A stretch of DNA of 63,511 bases, counting the filler, from Octopus bimaculoides (lineage: Eukaryota): the NCBI RefSeq assembly GCF_001194135.2. It is 8 parts of 6 records of this genome, joined end to end, with 100 filler letters (N's around TTAATTAATTAA, not from the genome) between each part and the next. Parts side by side here need not be neighbours in the genome. Positions count along the whole stretch, not along the records: positions 30,678 to 39,345 come from NC_068985.1; positions 39,446 to 53,643 come from NC_068985.1; 6 more parts are not named here. One strand, written 5' to 3'. Positions 37,001-49,514 of this stretch are shown one piece after another. How positions within the stretch are numbered: position 1 is the stretch's first letter; each line of letters begins with the position of its first letter. Under the pieces are notes generated by a model. The model was not told where the DNA came from, searched no databases, and worked only from the letters and a program-made list of their open reading frames with translations. Made by a program: the position numbers and the translations under genes.

Positions 37001-39499
37001 TGATAGCTCAGTCAACATTAGATTTTTAAATACATAATTAAGTGTGCACCATGCAGAGAAGTAGATGTGGCGAAGAGGCTTGTTTAGTGTTAGCCTTAGG
37101 AAGTCTTGGTTTTTACGCTCTTTACGTATTCATTGAATCTTTTTTATTGGTGTTGTAACACAACGGGGTCTTTCTTCGGTTAATATTTGATGATTTCAGA
37201 TATTAAGAACTCATTCTTATATGTATGTATGTGTTTACGTATGCATATATGCATATATTTATGCATTCACGTATGTATTCATATATGTATACGAACACAT
37301 GTGCACACATATATGTACGTGTGTATGTACATATATATGTGTGTGTAGATAGATATACACACACATATACGCATACACACGCACATATATATATATGTAC
37401 ATACATGTATACATATATCTGTGTATGTATATGTGTGTGTGCGCACACACATCTATATATGAATGTATGTATGTAGGTATATGCATATACATATGCATAT
37501 ATGTGCGTATGTACGTGTGGGAATATATACATTTATGTATATAAATATATACCTATATAATATATACATAAATACATATATATTCATGAATATATATATA
37601 TATATATGTATATANNNNNNNNNNNNNNNNNNNNNNNNNNNNNNNNNNNNNNNNNNNNNNNNNNNATATATATATATATATAACTTGTGTATATGTATGT
37701 GTATATATATTCACATATATAGTCTAAATTTTCATCACCATGCACAACATTACTTTATATTATATTTTAGTACTCATTCATATTCCATACAGTACCATCC
37801 TGAGAACTCCCCATCAAAACTTACAGACTAATAATAGGTTCTTTGCTCATAGTGGTGTTTATGCGTTGTTTGTTTCGTTCGTCAGAATATAGCCTCGGGT
37901 TTGACGTTTAAATGATCACTTACAATCGGTAGTACACTACTAGAACATCCTAAACACAGTCCACCTTCCCAACCTATCTAGGCCTTATTTTGTTTTGTTT
38001 TGTTTTGATTTTTTTTGGTTTCTTTAGGCTTTTTTTTTTTTGTAATTTTGGGGAGTTTTTTTTTTTTATCTATTTTTCGTTTCCCGCTTTCACTTTCCCT
38101 GTGCCATGTAATATCATATAGATCGTTGTGGCCGTTAGTGTTGCTTTTTGTTATGGCTGCCATTTTTCTTCGTCTTCGTCTTTATTGTCGTTGTTGTTAT
38201 TGATACTTTGTTGTTATTGTTGTTGCCACTGTTGTTTAGTAGTTGTTGATGCTTTTTTGATTTCTTGTTGCTCACCGTTGATGTTGCTGCTGTTGTTGTT
38301 GTTGTTATTTCTCTGCAGTTCCTCTCTCAAGATAATGACTGATATTAAGAATTCAAGAATAATATTTGCTTCGTTGAGGAAGTGATGCAGGAGGTGGGCA
38401 GTTTGTTTGTAATAGATTTTGTTGTTGTTGTTGTTGTTGTTATGTTCGTTACCTTCATTTTAAGTTGTTTAGGAAATAATTTTCTCTTATGAGAAGCGTG
38501 TAAAAGATAGAGAATAATTTACAACTTCGATTAAAAATGGTTGAATATCACAAAACAATGGTAAAGTTGTTGTTATGATAATTATAGTGATGGTGGTGGT
38601 GCTACTGCTGCTGCTGGTGCTGGTGCTGGTCGTCGTCGTCGTCGTCGTCTTATTGCAGCTAAGAAAATAAGAATAATATACAATACATGTGTATGTATGA
38701 ATATATACTTATATATGTGTCATTGTATACCTCACGGTGAACGCAATTTAAACAACACTAAATTTTAAAATTCATCTGTTTATCGTATGAAACATGTACC
38801 GCAGAAAGGCAAGCTGCCGTAGTTTGGTGTGAGAGAAAACATTTTCATAGACATGCTGTGTTAAAAACGAAATGTGTATGAAATCGAAACGAACATCGTC
38901 GCACATGGAACATCGTAGCACATGAAAACGTTAAAACGTAAATGGTATTTTTTACAACCCCGACAAGCATTCCGTCATATCAGTGAATATATTATTCGCT
39001 GCTTCTTTTCTTATATGTCGAGGAAAAATTTCGTTCGAGCACATGATAAATGAGTACATGTTATTAACAAGCCCAAGAAAGGCGATGCACCTTTAACATT
39101 CCCATGAGCCACTGCTACGATCTGTTACATATGACGGATCTTTATTCAGCCGGTAATTCGCAATAACAGTAAATATTTTTCGCTGTTTATTGTTTTCCTA
39201 TATATCGGAGGAGACAAATTATGTCTATGCGTGCGGTTGGTCGCGAGTACGCGCCACTGGTAAGGCCTAAGGACACCGAAATACATCAGGTGTTTTTGTT
39301 AGCCATTACTGGGAACGATCTTTGTCTCCAATATATATTGCGTTTNNNNNNNNNNNNNNNNNNNNNNNNNNNNNNNNNNNNNNNNNNNNTTAATTAATTA
39401 ANNNNNNNNNNNNNNNNNNNNNNNNNNNNNNNNNNNNNNNNNNNNTTGCATGGACAGTATATAGTTCGAAGCCGAAATCCTGATGAAGACCAAGCAACA

Positions 39500-40135
39500 A
39501 CCCATCAGTGACTGAGAAGTTCAGGGCCGAAAACAGTGACTGAAGGTTTCATATTAACGGCAATTGATTAAAGCTTGCTTACCAAATGCTACTGGACAAA
39601 CATTCTTCAAAACGGTTCTGATCCTAAATACAGTTTCTGCAACATATTTGAAGAAACGATAGACCATCTCGTCTCGAGATGTCCTGTGCTTGCACCACAC
39701 GAGTACAAAAGTTTTCACGTTAGGTTAGGACACTATTGACATTGGAAACCAGTCGCTGATTGTAAAATTGTCACTATCCTCTGAAACGTTCCAATCAACC
39801 CGACAGAACGACCCAGGATAATCGACCTGGCATAGTCATTAAAGACAGAGAAGAAAATACTTGTAGACTAATATATGTAAGTGTTCCCACTGATAAAAAT
39901 ATATCTGTAAAGGAATTTGACTAATTAAATACATATAAGGACCTGGAAAATAAAATAAAAAGATATGTGGGATCTTAAAGCAAGAACTATTCCTGTTATT
40001 GTAAGTGACCAAGGAATGGTAAAGTCGGAATGTCAGAAACATCTAGATAACATCCCAAGACAACCATGTCTTAGAGAAATTCAGATTATGTTGACAAGTG
40101 TTGCCCACATCCTTAGAAAAAAAAATCTATCAATT
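39500..40135 (+). mobile_element. R4/Dong-like RLE LINE remnant (zinc knuckle plus endonuclease)
   Basis: TEGFIL…C…EETIDHLVSRCPVLAPHEY…NRPGIVIKDREENTCRLIYVSVP.DKNISVKEF…YKDLE…WDLKARTIPVIV…ILRK. Confidence 0.85.
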
Positions 40136-40503
40136 TAAATATCTCTGTTGTATTACACGAAGATATTTCGCTAGTGCCCCTGCCACTTCCCCTTCTCAAG
40201 CTTTCAGTCATACTGTAACATCTCTTATCCTTCACTTGCCCTAGGGCACTGGTGTGTCTCGAAAAGTGATTGTAACAAACATGCAGATTAAAAGTGAANN
40301 NNNNNNNNNNNNNNNNNNNNNNNNNNNNNNNNNNNNNNNNNNNNNNNNNNNNNNNNNNNNNNNNNNNNNNNNNNNNNNNNNNNNNNNNNNNNNNNNNNGT
40401 GACAAGAATGATCCATTGGAACCTTTGTCGAAATTACAGCTTAGAAAGCTATGACCCGGTGAGAACAAGAAAAAAGTGAAAGAAAAACAGTGAACAACTA
40501 TAA

Positions 40504-42770
40504 CACTGGGCAACAAAAAAAGATTTATAGTCGGCTACCTTCACAAATGGTGCTGTACTAAATTAAATCGAGTACACTGATTCCGAATCTGAACTCTAAA
40601 TTTCTGTAGCACGTCAGAATTTTGATTTATACGCATGATATATTATTACTGTATTAGAATCAGGAATAGTTAAGTTCAAAGTAAATAATAATTATAATAA
40701 TATATTAGTACTATATATAGTAAATTTATATTTAAGGCAAATAGTATTATAATATAATGGTACATAGTATATTTATGTTAAGGGAATACTCACTTTATTT
40801 TTGATATGCTCAGCTCAGAAATGTTTGAGACGCTTGCTCTTGCGCTTATGCATCGCGCAGCTCTTCCGTTGTCAGAACCAGCAGTATTCACTAATCATGT
40901 GTGGATTGAACCGGCCTTCACACCTCTTTCCATCTCAGATATATTCTGGTCGAACCTCTCACCATGCTTATCATTAAGGGCACCAATATTCGTTGGAAAA
41001 AATCGAGATGACAATTCAAAAGTGCATTTTAAGGGACATTCGGCTTTCCATTCTTTCATGCGCTGTTAGCATGTTTATTAGCACGTTTTCAACTCTATGA
41101 TTCCCAAGAAAGTTCTGTACAACTAACACGAATGAATCCCATGTTGTCAGCTCAACTGGATTCAGTATACCTCTGAAATTGCTAACAGACATCAACTCTC
41201 TGATCTCGGGTCCAATGGAAATGCCTGATTTCGGTTTTGCGTCACTTTTCTCTTCATCAAATTTTACCTTTAGGTACTGGAAGCCGTAACCATCGTGTGT
41301 CATTGCCTTTACGAAGTTTTTCATGAGTCCGAGTTTGATGTGAAGGAGTGGAAGGAAGATTTCTTACGGGACTACCACTGGCATATGCTGCACATTTTAC
41401 CGACCAACTATGCGCTCATCTATTTTAGTTCAGTACTTTACAGTTTAATGATTGCTGTCGTCGCGGCTGTTCCAAACACACAAGATGCACATATTTTTGG
41501 TACATTCCAGCTGCAGTCATGGAGGAGGAAAATCACTTTTAAAAAACCCAGAAATATTCCACTTGTGAAGTGAGTTACTAACTCCTTTCAGAAAGAGTCC
41601 CATCGATTCATAGGTCCCTGCGATACCGACAACATGACTCATGTGAATGGAAGGTTTTTCCGTTATATGACAACACAGCTTTGAAGCTAACCTTAGTCGA
41701 GTCTATAAATAATCTGTTGCTTGAATTAGGAAGATAAACTTTTATGGCGAGATCGGAAAATGGAAATTTTCATACCTTGCTGTGGGAGATTCCCTAAACT
41801 TTTGCCCTCTCCTTTGGCAGTGCTAGATCATTTACTAAATCGTTCAGATCTTTTGATTAAACTAGTCGGGTTCAATTTTCTTAGAATCATCTACGTACTC
41901 TTTGTCGATTGGAGAGACAGGTGTTTCATCGTGCAACATGTCAAGATTTTCAAGTGAAGCATGAGTGGCAAACTAGCACAGGGTTCTTGAAGTCATGTGG
42001 AACTGGTTTTAGAGCCGACTTACAATCTGCATACACAATTTTTGCTTTGGCCTTCTTTCAGAAACAACTAGTATTAATCATGCAAATGTAACAATCAGAG
42101 ACATGACTGGTTGGCTCACGCCATACCAATGGTACAGCAAAAAGCATTCCATGTCGTTTTCCATTCAGCCACTGTGTAAGCCCTGAGTAACACACGGTGC
42201 AGCATATATGAGGTGCCCACGTCTTGTCTTGGTCCCCAATTTTACACCCAAAATATTATTTATAGGCAATTTTTGATTTGGTGGGAATGTCCCTCCGCTG
42301 GTCATGCGGAGCAAATTTTCCATAGACATATAACAAACGTTGTCTGGGTGATTCACACAGCCTCTCCTATCCATGATCTAACACAATGAATACAGTTAAA
42401 ACAGTTATCACGCTGAGCGAAAGACACAGATACCACACATGACGGCAGCGCAAACGACACTGAGAGTTACCAATAACAAACCGACGTATTTGGCATTGCA
42501 CACAATACGTCAGCGCCATCTGTTGCTAAACTAAATAATGAACTTTCTCATCGTTTGTTTTACTGCTGTTATTTCTTTAATTTTGAATTAAGGCCGCTTT
42601 CATTTTAGCAAATATTATAATACCGCCTATATCAAGCCGAAAGTATAGTTGTAATCTTGCTCAAAATCCTGACCTGCTAGAACAATTCTGAGTGCGGATT
42701 CGAAATCAGCATCCTCGATTTAGTTTAAAACCTTCTTTTACCCCTCTAGCAAAATCTTTGTTGTCCAGTG
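40504..42770 (-). mobile_element. Chapaev3-like (CMC) DNA transposon, both ends present, transposase decayed
   Basis: Ends CACTGG…CCAGTG with extended imperfect TIRs (aaattaaatcgagtacactgattccgaatc vs aaactaaatcgaggatgctgatttcgaatc). Peptides MDRRGCVNHPDNVCY, LFIDSTKVSFKAVL, LHIKLGLMKNFVKAM, MSLKMHF…HLDFFP.NIGALNDKHGERFDQ…EYCW. Family name is from recalled consensus. Confidence 0.85.
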
Positions 42771-43085
42771 TTATGAATTGAAGCGGTAAATACGCTGGTT
42801 GTGAGCAATTAAGAAATTAGAAGTGATACCAATAATGATTGGTACATTTGAAGTATCAGTACTCAAATATCAACCTGTCTCAAAAAAATTGGTTGGAACG
42901 AATGTAAACACAGAACGCTTACAAAATCTATAATTATAATTGCTTGGAACCCATAATTGTAATTGCTTGGAACTTCAAAAGTACTCCACAGGGTTCCTGA
43001 AACATTATCAGTAAACAGGTGTCATCTGGCTGTGGATAGCTGACGCTTTCAATCATAAACAATAAAATAAATCTGAGGTATTTAA

Positions 43086-43108
43086 TGATGATGATGATGA
43101 TGATGATG

Positions 43109-43164
<56 letters not shown>

Positions 43165-43165
43165 T
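43086..43165. repeat. (GAT)n(AAT)n tract, tail of a minus-strand retroelement 3' end at 43173-43320
   Basis: Adjacent minus-strand GCCCTTGTGGCCAATAAA. Confidence 0.8.
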
Positions 43166-44176
43166 AATTCGTTTTATTGGCCACAAGGGCTAATATCAAT
43201 TAAAGACATATAAGGACAAAGACAGGACGAAGGTTACAAAAAGGTTTTGTCCGAAAAGGTAGGAAAGTTCGTCTAAACAGAGGAAGAAAACGGAGAAAGA
43301 TATAATAAATAAATAGATAAATAAATAGATAAATAAATAAGNNNNNNNNNNNNNNNNNNNNNNNNNNNNNNNNNNNNNNNNNNNNNNNNNNNNNNNNNNN
43401 NNNNNNNNNNNNNNNNNNNNNNNNNNNNNNNNNNNNNNNNNNNNNNNNNNNNNNNNNNNNNNNNNNNNNNNNNNNNNNNNNNNNNNNNNNNNNNNNNNNN
43501 NNNNNNNNNNNNNNNNNNNNNNNNNNNNNNNNNNNNNNNNNNNNNNNNNNNNNNNNNNNNNNNNNNNNNNNNNNNNNNNNNNNNNNNNNNNNNNNNNNNN
43601 NNNNNNNNNNNNNNNNNNNNNNNNNNNNNNNNNNNNNNNNNNNNNNNNNNNNNNNNNNNNNNNNNNNNNNNNNNNNNNNNNNNNNNNNNNNNNNNNNNNN
43701 NNNNNNNNNNNNNNNNNNNNNNNNNNNNNNNNNNNNNNNNNNNNNNNNNNNNNNNNNNNNNNNNNNNNNNNNNNNNNNNNNNNNNNNNNNNNNNNNNNNN
43801 NNNNNNNNNNNNNNNNNNNNNNNNNNNNNNNNNNNNNNNNNNNNNNNNNNNNNNNNNNNNNNNNNNNNNNNNNNNNNNNNNNNNNNNNNNNNNNNNNNNN
43901 NNNNNNNNNNNNNNNNNNNNNNNNNNNNNNNNNNNNNNNNNNNNNNNNNNNNNNNNNNNNNNNNNNNNNNNNNNNNNNNNNNNNNNNNNNNNNNNNNNNN
44001 NNNNNNNNNNNNNNNNNNNNNNNNNNNNNNNNNNNNNNNNNNNNNNNNNNNNNNNNNNNNNNNNNNNNNNNNNNNNNNNNNNNNNNNNNNNNNNNNNNNN
44101 NNNNNNNNNNNNNNNNNNNNNNNNNNNNNNNNNNNNNNNNNNNNNNNNNNNNNNNNNNNNNNNNNNNNNNNNNNNN

Positions 44177-44228
<52 letters not shown>

Positions 44229-44245
44229 TGATGATGATAATTTCA

Positions 44246-45840
44246 TTTATTTGCCACAAGGGCGAAAGATGAAGGGAACAATGCAGAAACAGTCATAAAG
44301 TGTGGGTGTTTACAGATAACAATGAAAGGGCAAAAAAGAAATTAAAGCATACACGGTATACACTGGAAAAGAAGGGACATATGCATAGTATTCAAAGGTA
44401 AAAAAAGAAGTGGAAGGACGATAGAGATGTGGCCCTATTGATACAGAAACGCCTCTAGGGATAATCGAGAAACCTCGCTGTCCGAGAAAGATTTCCCTGA
44501 AATCCTAGGAAAAAGCGCCCTCCACAATTCCTTCTCACTGACTTACAGGTCCACACTTAGAGAGGTACAATCCACTCTTGTCATTTACGCAACTTTCACC
44601 CAACTTTCAACAAACTCACTCGAGGACAATACTTCCCTCTCCACTCTCAATTTCCTTTTCAAGTCAAACTTAAAAAAGTCAATGAGGCCTCTATCAAATT
44701 GGAATGTGTCTGTTCTCACTCCTTTCAGCCTTGTCAACATTTGTCGCCACAGCCTCCAGGAAAAGGAAAACTGCCTTGCTTGCCCGAGTGAAAAAGGGCG
44801 GCGGAGTAGTCATCGCTACAGACAGGGCTGACAGTTGAATCTGTCTCACACATGATAGCAGCTGTTCAACACAACCCCACAAATCAGCAATGCCCGGACA
44901 CTGAACAAGGGCGTGCGGAACGGTTTCATTACTCTGCACACACCTCGGACATCACATCCGTGTAGAGTTTATCACGAACCGGTAGCGCCCCCGGTAGTAC
45001 TGCCAAACCAAGGACATCTGGAATTTATCCATGATAGTTCCCAACTGGAAAGTCCTCCGGAACATTTTAGCCTGTTTGTTCTCGTCGGCACCCAGAGTCT
45101 CCCCGAGAACCTCGTCGCACTTCCCCGCCATTAATCCTCTATAAATTTCTAAAGCAGAACATCCACCGATCCCATTGCCCAACTGATCGAGGGTTCCGAA
45201 CGCTTGACGACATTCTAGGTGTCAGGCGCCCAGTTCCTGTCTTTTCGTCACACAAGACTGCAGATTTGTCAAAGAAACTAGCCGGGGAAAGACGAATCTC
45301 ACAAACGCAGCACACACACACTCACTGTCCAGAAATCGTTGCAGGTGGCGTAACCTAAGCGCATATCTGCGCATTAGGAGCCACGGCATACCTAACTCAG
45401 AGGATGTGGGAAACAGACTGACCGCCTGACCATTGCGACGCGTCCCTTCCACAAGAATTTAAATAAGAGTCACTCCAACTTGGTCAAGCAGTAACCAGAA
45501 CAATGCACGACGGTCAGGTGATAAATGATAACGGAGGCAATGAAACCATTCACCACCTCTGTCCAACATTTCAGGGATAGCTTTCTGTCAGCCCATTTCT
45601 GGGTAAGACTGGCCACGCTGTTCGCCACCTTGTCTCAGTTCTTATCAACCTGGAGGTCGGGATCAAACTAGACCTCGAGCACGGTAACTGGTTCGTCGGT
45701 CTAGCGTCCGATAACGCCATCTGATGGCATCGTCTTGCATCTCCAGGAACCCAACCACAAATGAACCGATTTGTTTATCGGCGTTGATTTTAGCCCCTGG
45801 AAACTACTCATATTCCTTTAGAATGGTGTCATCCGTCTCG
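44246..45840 (-). mobile_element. Tx1/L1-like LINE, 5'-truncated ORF2 remnant with 3' end
   Basis: LKEYE..GAKIN…WLGSWR…DEPVTVL.V.F.PDLQVDKN (post-RT), LMRRYALRLRHLQRFL, C-terminal ETVPHALVQCP..ADLW knuckle; ends GCCCTTGTGGCAAATAAA plus (ATC)n(ATT)n. Confidence 0.85.
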
Positions 45841-46279
45841 GAAGAAGTAGAAGAAAAAGAGAAGGTAAAGGAAACTAGGTCGAAGAACAACAAGGGAAGG
45901 AAGAGGAAGAAAAAGGGTAATGGGAAGCAGAATAGGAAGCAAGGAGGAGTAGCAGAAAAGGAGGTAGTGGGAGAAGACAATATAGCTGCAGGAAAAGAAG
46001 TAGAGAAGAAGAAGGAGACGGAGGAGAAGGAGAAGGAAAAAAAGGAGACGAAGAAGAAAACGAAGAAAAAGGTCTGAGGAGAAATGGCTTATATCGTTAC
46101 AAAAGAGTTGAGTAAAGAGAATATGATGAATTGTAAAGAACCATTTCCATTTCGAAATTGCAAATTTTTGTCTCGAAGAAACTAACAACATTTCGTAAAC
46201 ATAGATAAAATCTCACAAATAGCATTCCGAACTAAAATAGCCAAAAGGCCAATAGAGAGAGAGAGGGGGAGGGGAAGAG

Positions 46280-46329
<50 letters not shown>

Positions 46330-46779
46330 GGAGGAGAAAGAGAAAGAAAGAGTGAGAGTGAGAAGGAGCAAATAATAACAACCAAAACCACTTGGTCGTC
46401 AAGCAAAAAATGGAATAAGATGGCAGATAATGTACGTAAAGTGAACTTTTAACAGTGAATGGTATGTAGTTATCTTTTGAATAGATATAAAAATAAACTA
46501 TATACGATGTTATATTTGCATAGAACATAGGTAAGTATATTTACAAGCCTCTAAGGCAAAAATATATGAATACGGATAATGGTTAAAAGTCGTTCCAGAA
46601 AGGTTGTAGATATACACTGGTGTAAGTGACGCGTAACTATGTAGCATCACGGATTAAATGTATTGCGGAAACCTTGTTGTTTTCGAACGGATCAGTATGT
46701 GATACAACATCAGTGATGTTATTTCTTTCAATAATCAAGCACCTTCACCAAAGTGTCCCCGGTAGTCTTGATCAAACTC

Positions 46780-47075
46780 CAACTTGTCTCCATCCAAGTC
46801 AAATATCACCTGGTCCACAACTGCCTGGAAGCATCCTATACTGCTTCGGCAACCGAGTTAATGATTTTTCTACATACATGTCCATGTGATAACCAGCGTG
46901 GTATTCGTATTGTAGAAAGACTAGTGGCCTTTGAAACCTTTCATCGCAATGAGAACACAGAACCAGTTGTTTCGGATTATTTCCACCAAACCAGCAAGTT
47001 TTGTTCTCTTCATCTCCGTAAATTCCTAGTACGATCTTCGAAGATAACAAAAATAATTCTACTAAATACATAGGA
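46780..47075 (-). mobile_element. HERO/R2-group RLE LINE 3' remnant
   Basis: Frameshifted LVEL…FEDR…KRTK.AGLV…W.C…KGF.G…RKIINSVAEA..DASRQLW resembles ELTVP.EDR…RK.KY…GCRGF…AIK..TEAAE.ASRWLW. Confidence 0.55.
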
Positions 47076-47520
47076 TTTCGCACTTAGATACAAGCCCACG
47101 AGGCTGAAACAGTCGATGTGTGTGTATGTATGTATGTATGTATGTTTGTATGTGTGAATGTATGTATGTATGTGTATGTATATATATATATACTTACACG
47201 TACGTACATTCATACATACATGTTTGGAGTCGTAGGTTAAGGCTGACAAACATTGTCACTTGACATTAACACATGGACATAGGAGGGAACCTACAAAATT
47301 TGTAAGACCAGTCATGTGACTATCAACTACTAATCAAATCCTATCCAAAATATACTAATTTGGGCCATGTACTCGCTATAAAAATAGGACAAGCTTCAAA
47401 CACTAGTCATTAGAAAGACAGTTTCGGTATAACACACTTCTTTCAATGTCAACTTTTTAAAATCAGTGCAAACTATGAAACTAGTTAAAACTTAAAAGTA
47501 TTTTCATATATTCTCAGTGC

Positions 47521-47560
<40 letters not shown>

Positions 47561-47635
47561 NNNNNNNNNNNNNNNNNNNNNNNNNNNNNNNNNNNNNNNN
47601 NNNNNACACACACACACACACATATATATATATAT

Positions 47636-47673
<38 letters not shown>

Positions 47674-47857
47674 GCGCATAAATATATATTTATTTATTTA
47701 TCAAAAGCAAAATTTCAGAAGTGAATAATTATATAGATATTAATATTGCTATTATTACCGAGCGCAAAATAGATAGTTGATATTAACAGCAACATTAATA
47801 TAGGTGGTCGTAGACCTAAGATAGCGTTATATAGCTATAGAGTTATACTTATGTTAA

Positions 47858-48098
47858 CCATAAGGACACAATAATGTGTCTACTTGCTAGATATGAGAAT
47901 TAAGCCCTCATTTAAAACACCAAAAATTAACACTGAAAATAATAACAGAATTAACAGTACTCGGACAAGCGGATCGAAAAAATCCCTCAACATACCTATA
48001 TAGCATAAAGCTATGTATTTATTGGTATAGGTCTAGCTAGAGGTATAGGGTTTTAACTCTCATTTCTAGAAGGGGGACACATTATTTTGTCCTTATGA
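47858..48098. mobile_element. 241-bp MITE with TTAA target duplication (piggyBac-like)
   Basis: TTAA|CCATAAGGACACAATAATGTGTC … GACACATTATTTTGTCCTTATGA|TTAA; 21 of 23 TIR positions match. Confidence 0.8.
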
Positions 48099-49445
48099 TT
48101 AATACACACACACATATACAGAGAGAGAGGGGGAGAGAGAGTGAGTGAGAGTGAGAGAGAATGAGAGAGAAAAATAGAGAATGTGAGAGATCCAAAAATT
48201 TTCCCTTCACTGCTGATATTGGATTTATTTTTCTTACTGTTTTTATATATTAGGTACTTCTAGAGGGAATTTTATCCATTGATTGCGTGGATAAGCTCTG
48301 TTGGTCAATGTTCTCCTGCTCACGAATTTACATGACATGACCTTTTAGTGTACACAGTATACAGAACATTCACCGGAGGTATTTGCTCCTCCTTGTTGTT
48401 TAAATCATAAAGGAATAGAATTACAAACAGCAACATAATTTCTATCACTCTCAAGTTCTCTTAATCCTAAGAAGTCTTCAGCTAAAAGTTAGCCTTCAAA
48501 CTCTACAAACTAACCGAGATAGATATATACAATATAGATGGGAATGATATCAGACGTGACAACATTGTCATTAAATCGCAAGATTTTCAGAACTTTTCAA
48601 TTCGATGACATGGACAATGATTATTGCAAATATGAAAAGGAGATTCAATATCCATTTAAAATCAGAACATATTCTCTCATGGGTGGAGCATAAAGGATTA
48701 ATTTATTAGCGCTCCGTTTGAATATAACCTGAAGAGTTAATTATCTAAAAGGTATAGTGGATCCCATTTAATCAACGAAAGGTAGATAAACATCTTTCTT
48801 GTCAAAATATTGCAATATCAAAAGCTTATTGCAACCATCTGAAATTTTTATTTCAGTGACTCCAGTCCAATTTGTTAATTATTAATTGGTAACAGAAATT
48901 ATCTTTCGGAATATGGAGTAAAAAGAAAAAAAAAACCATTAACAAAAGCTAAAGGACCAAAACTAGTGATTATTTCGATATGAAAGGAATAAAAGATACA
49001 GAAAAATACTAAATTTGGTAAAACACATTTAAATTATTTAACCAAATACTTTTAACACGTTAGTAATATATTAATCACACTGGCTGCAAAGAATTCGTCA
49101 TTGCTGCAAATCGGTGTATTCAATTTAATTAAATCTTTATAAATATGAACAATATAAACACTATCATGGCGGACATTTTGAGAAAAGTGATCAAGTGTTA
49201 ATAAGGTCAATAGACGGTTTTAGCTGATTCCTGTTTTGCTGTCGTTTCCGAGACGCTATTTATGCACCGTCACCACGGAGACGAAAATGTGCATCTAACT
49301 GAGCTTAATTAATTTATAGGAGAGTTGTTGACTGAAAACAAAGGGTTTATTCTCTGCTAAATTCTAACAAGTAGCACAAACGGGTGCACACAGACACGCA
49401 TATAAACGCACACACACACACACACACATACACACGCACACACAC

Positions 49446-49514
<69 letters not shown>

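Noticed and set aside
36774-37037. IIGENDSV resembling the Merlin/IS1016 VEIDES motif
   Set aside because: Upstream frames fit an R4/Dong-like LINE better, and no Merlin TIRs or later catalytic motifs are seen.
39479-39525. CTGATGA … GGCCGAAA resembling a hammerhead
   Set aside because: No stem II pairing between the boxes, and it runs into LINE coding sequence.
46745-46810. VIFDLDGD on the minus strand, resembling HAD phosphatase motif I
   Set aside because: Flanked by stops, no other HAD motifs, and adjacent to a decayed LINE end; likely chance.
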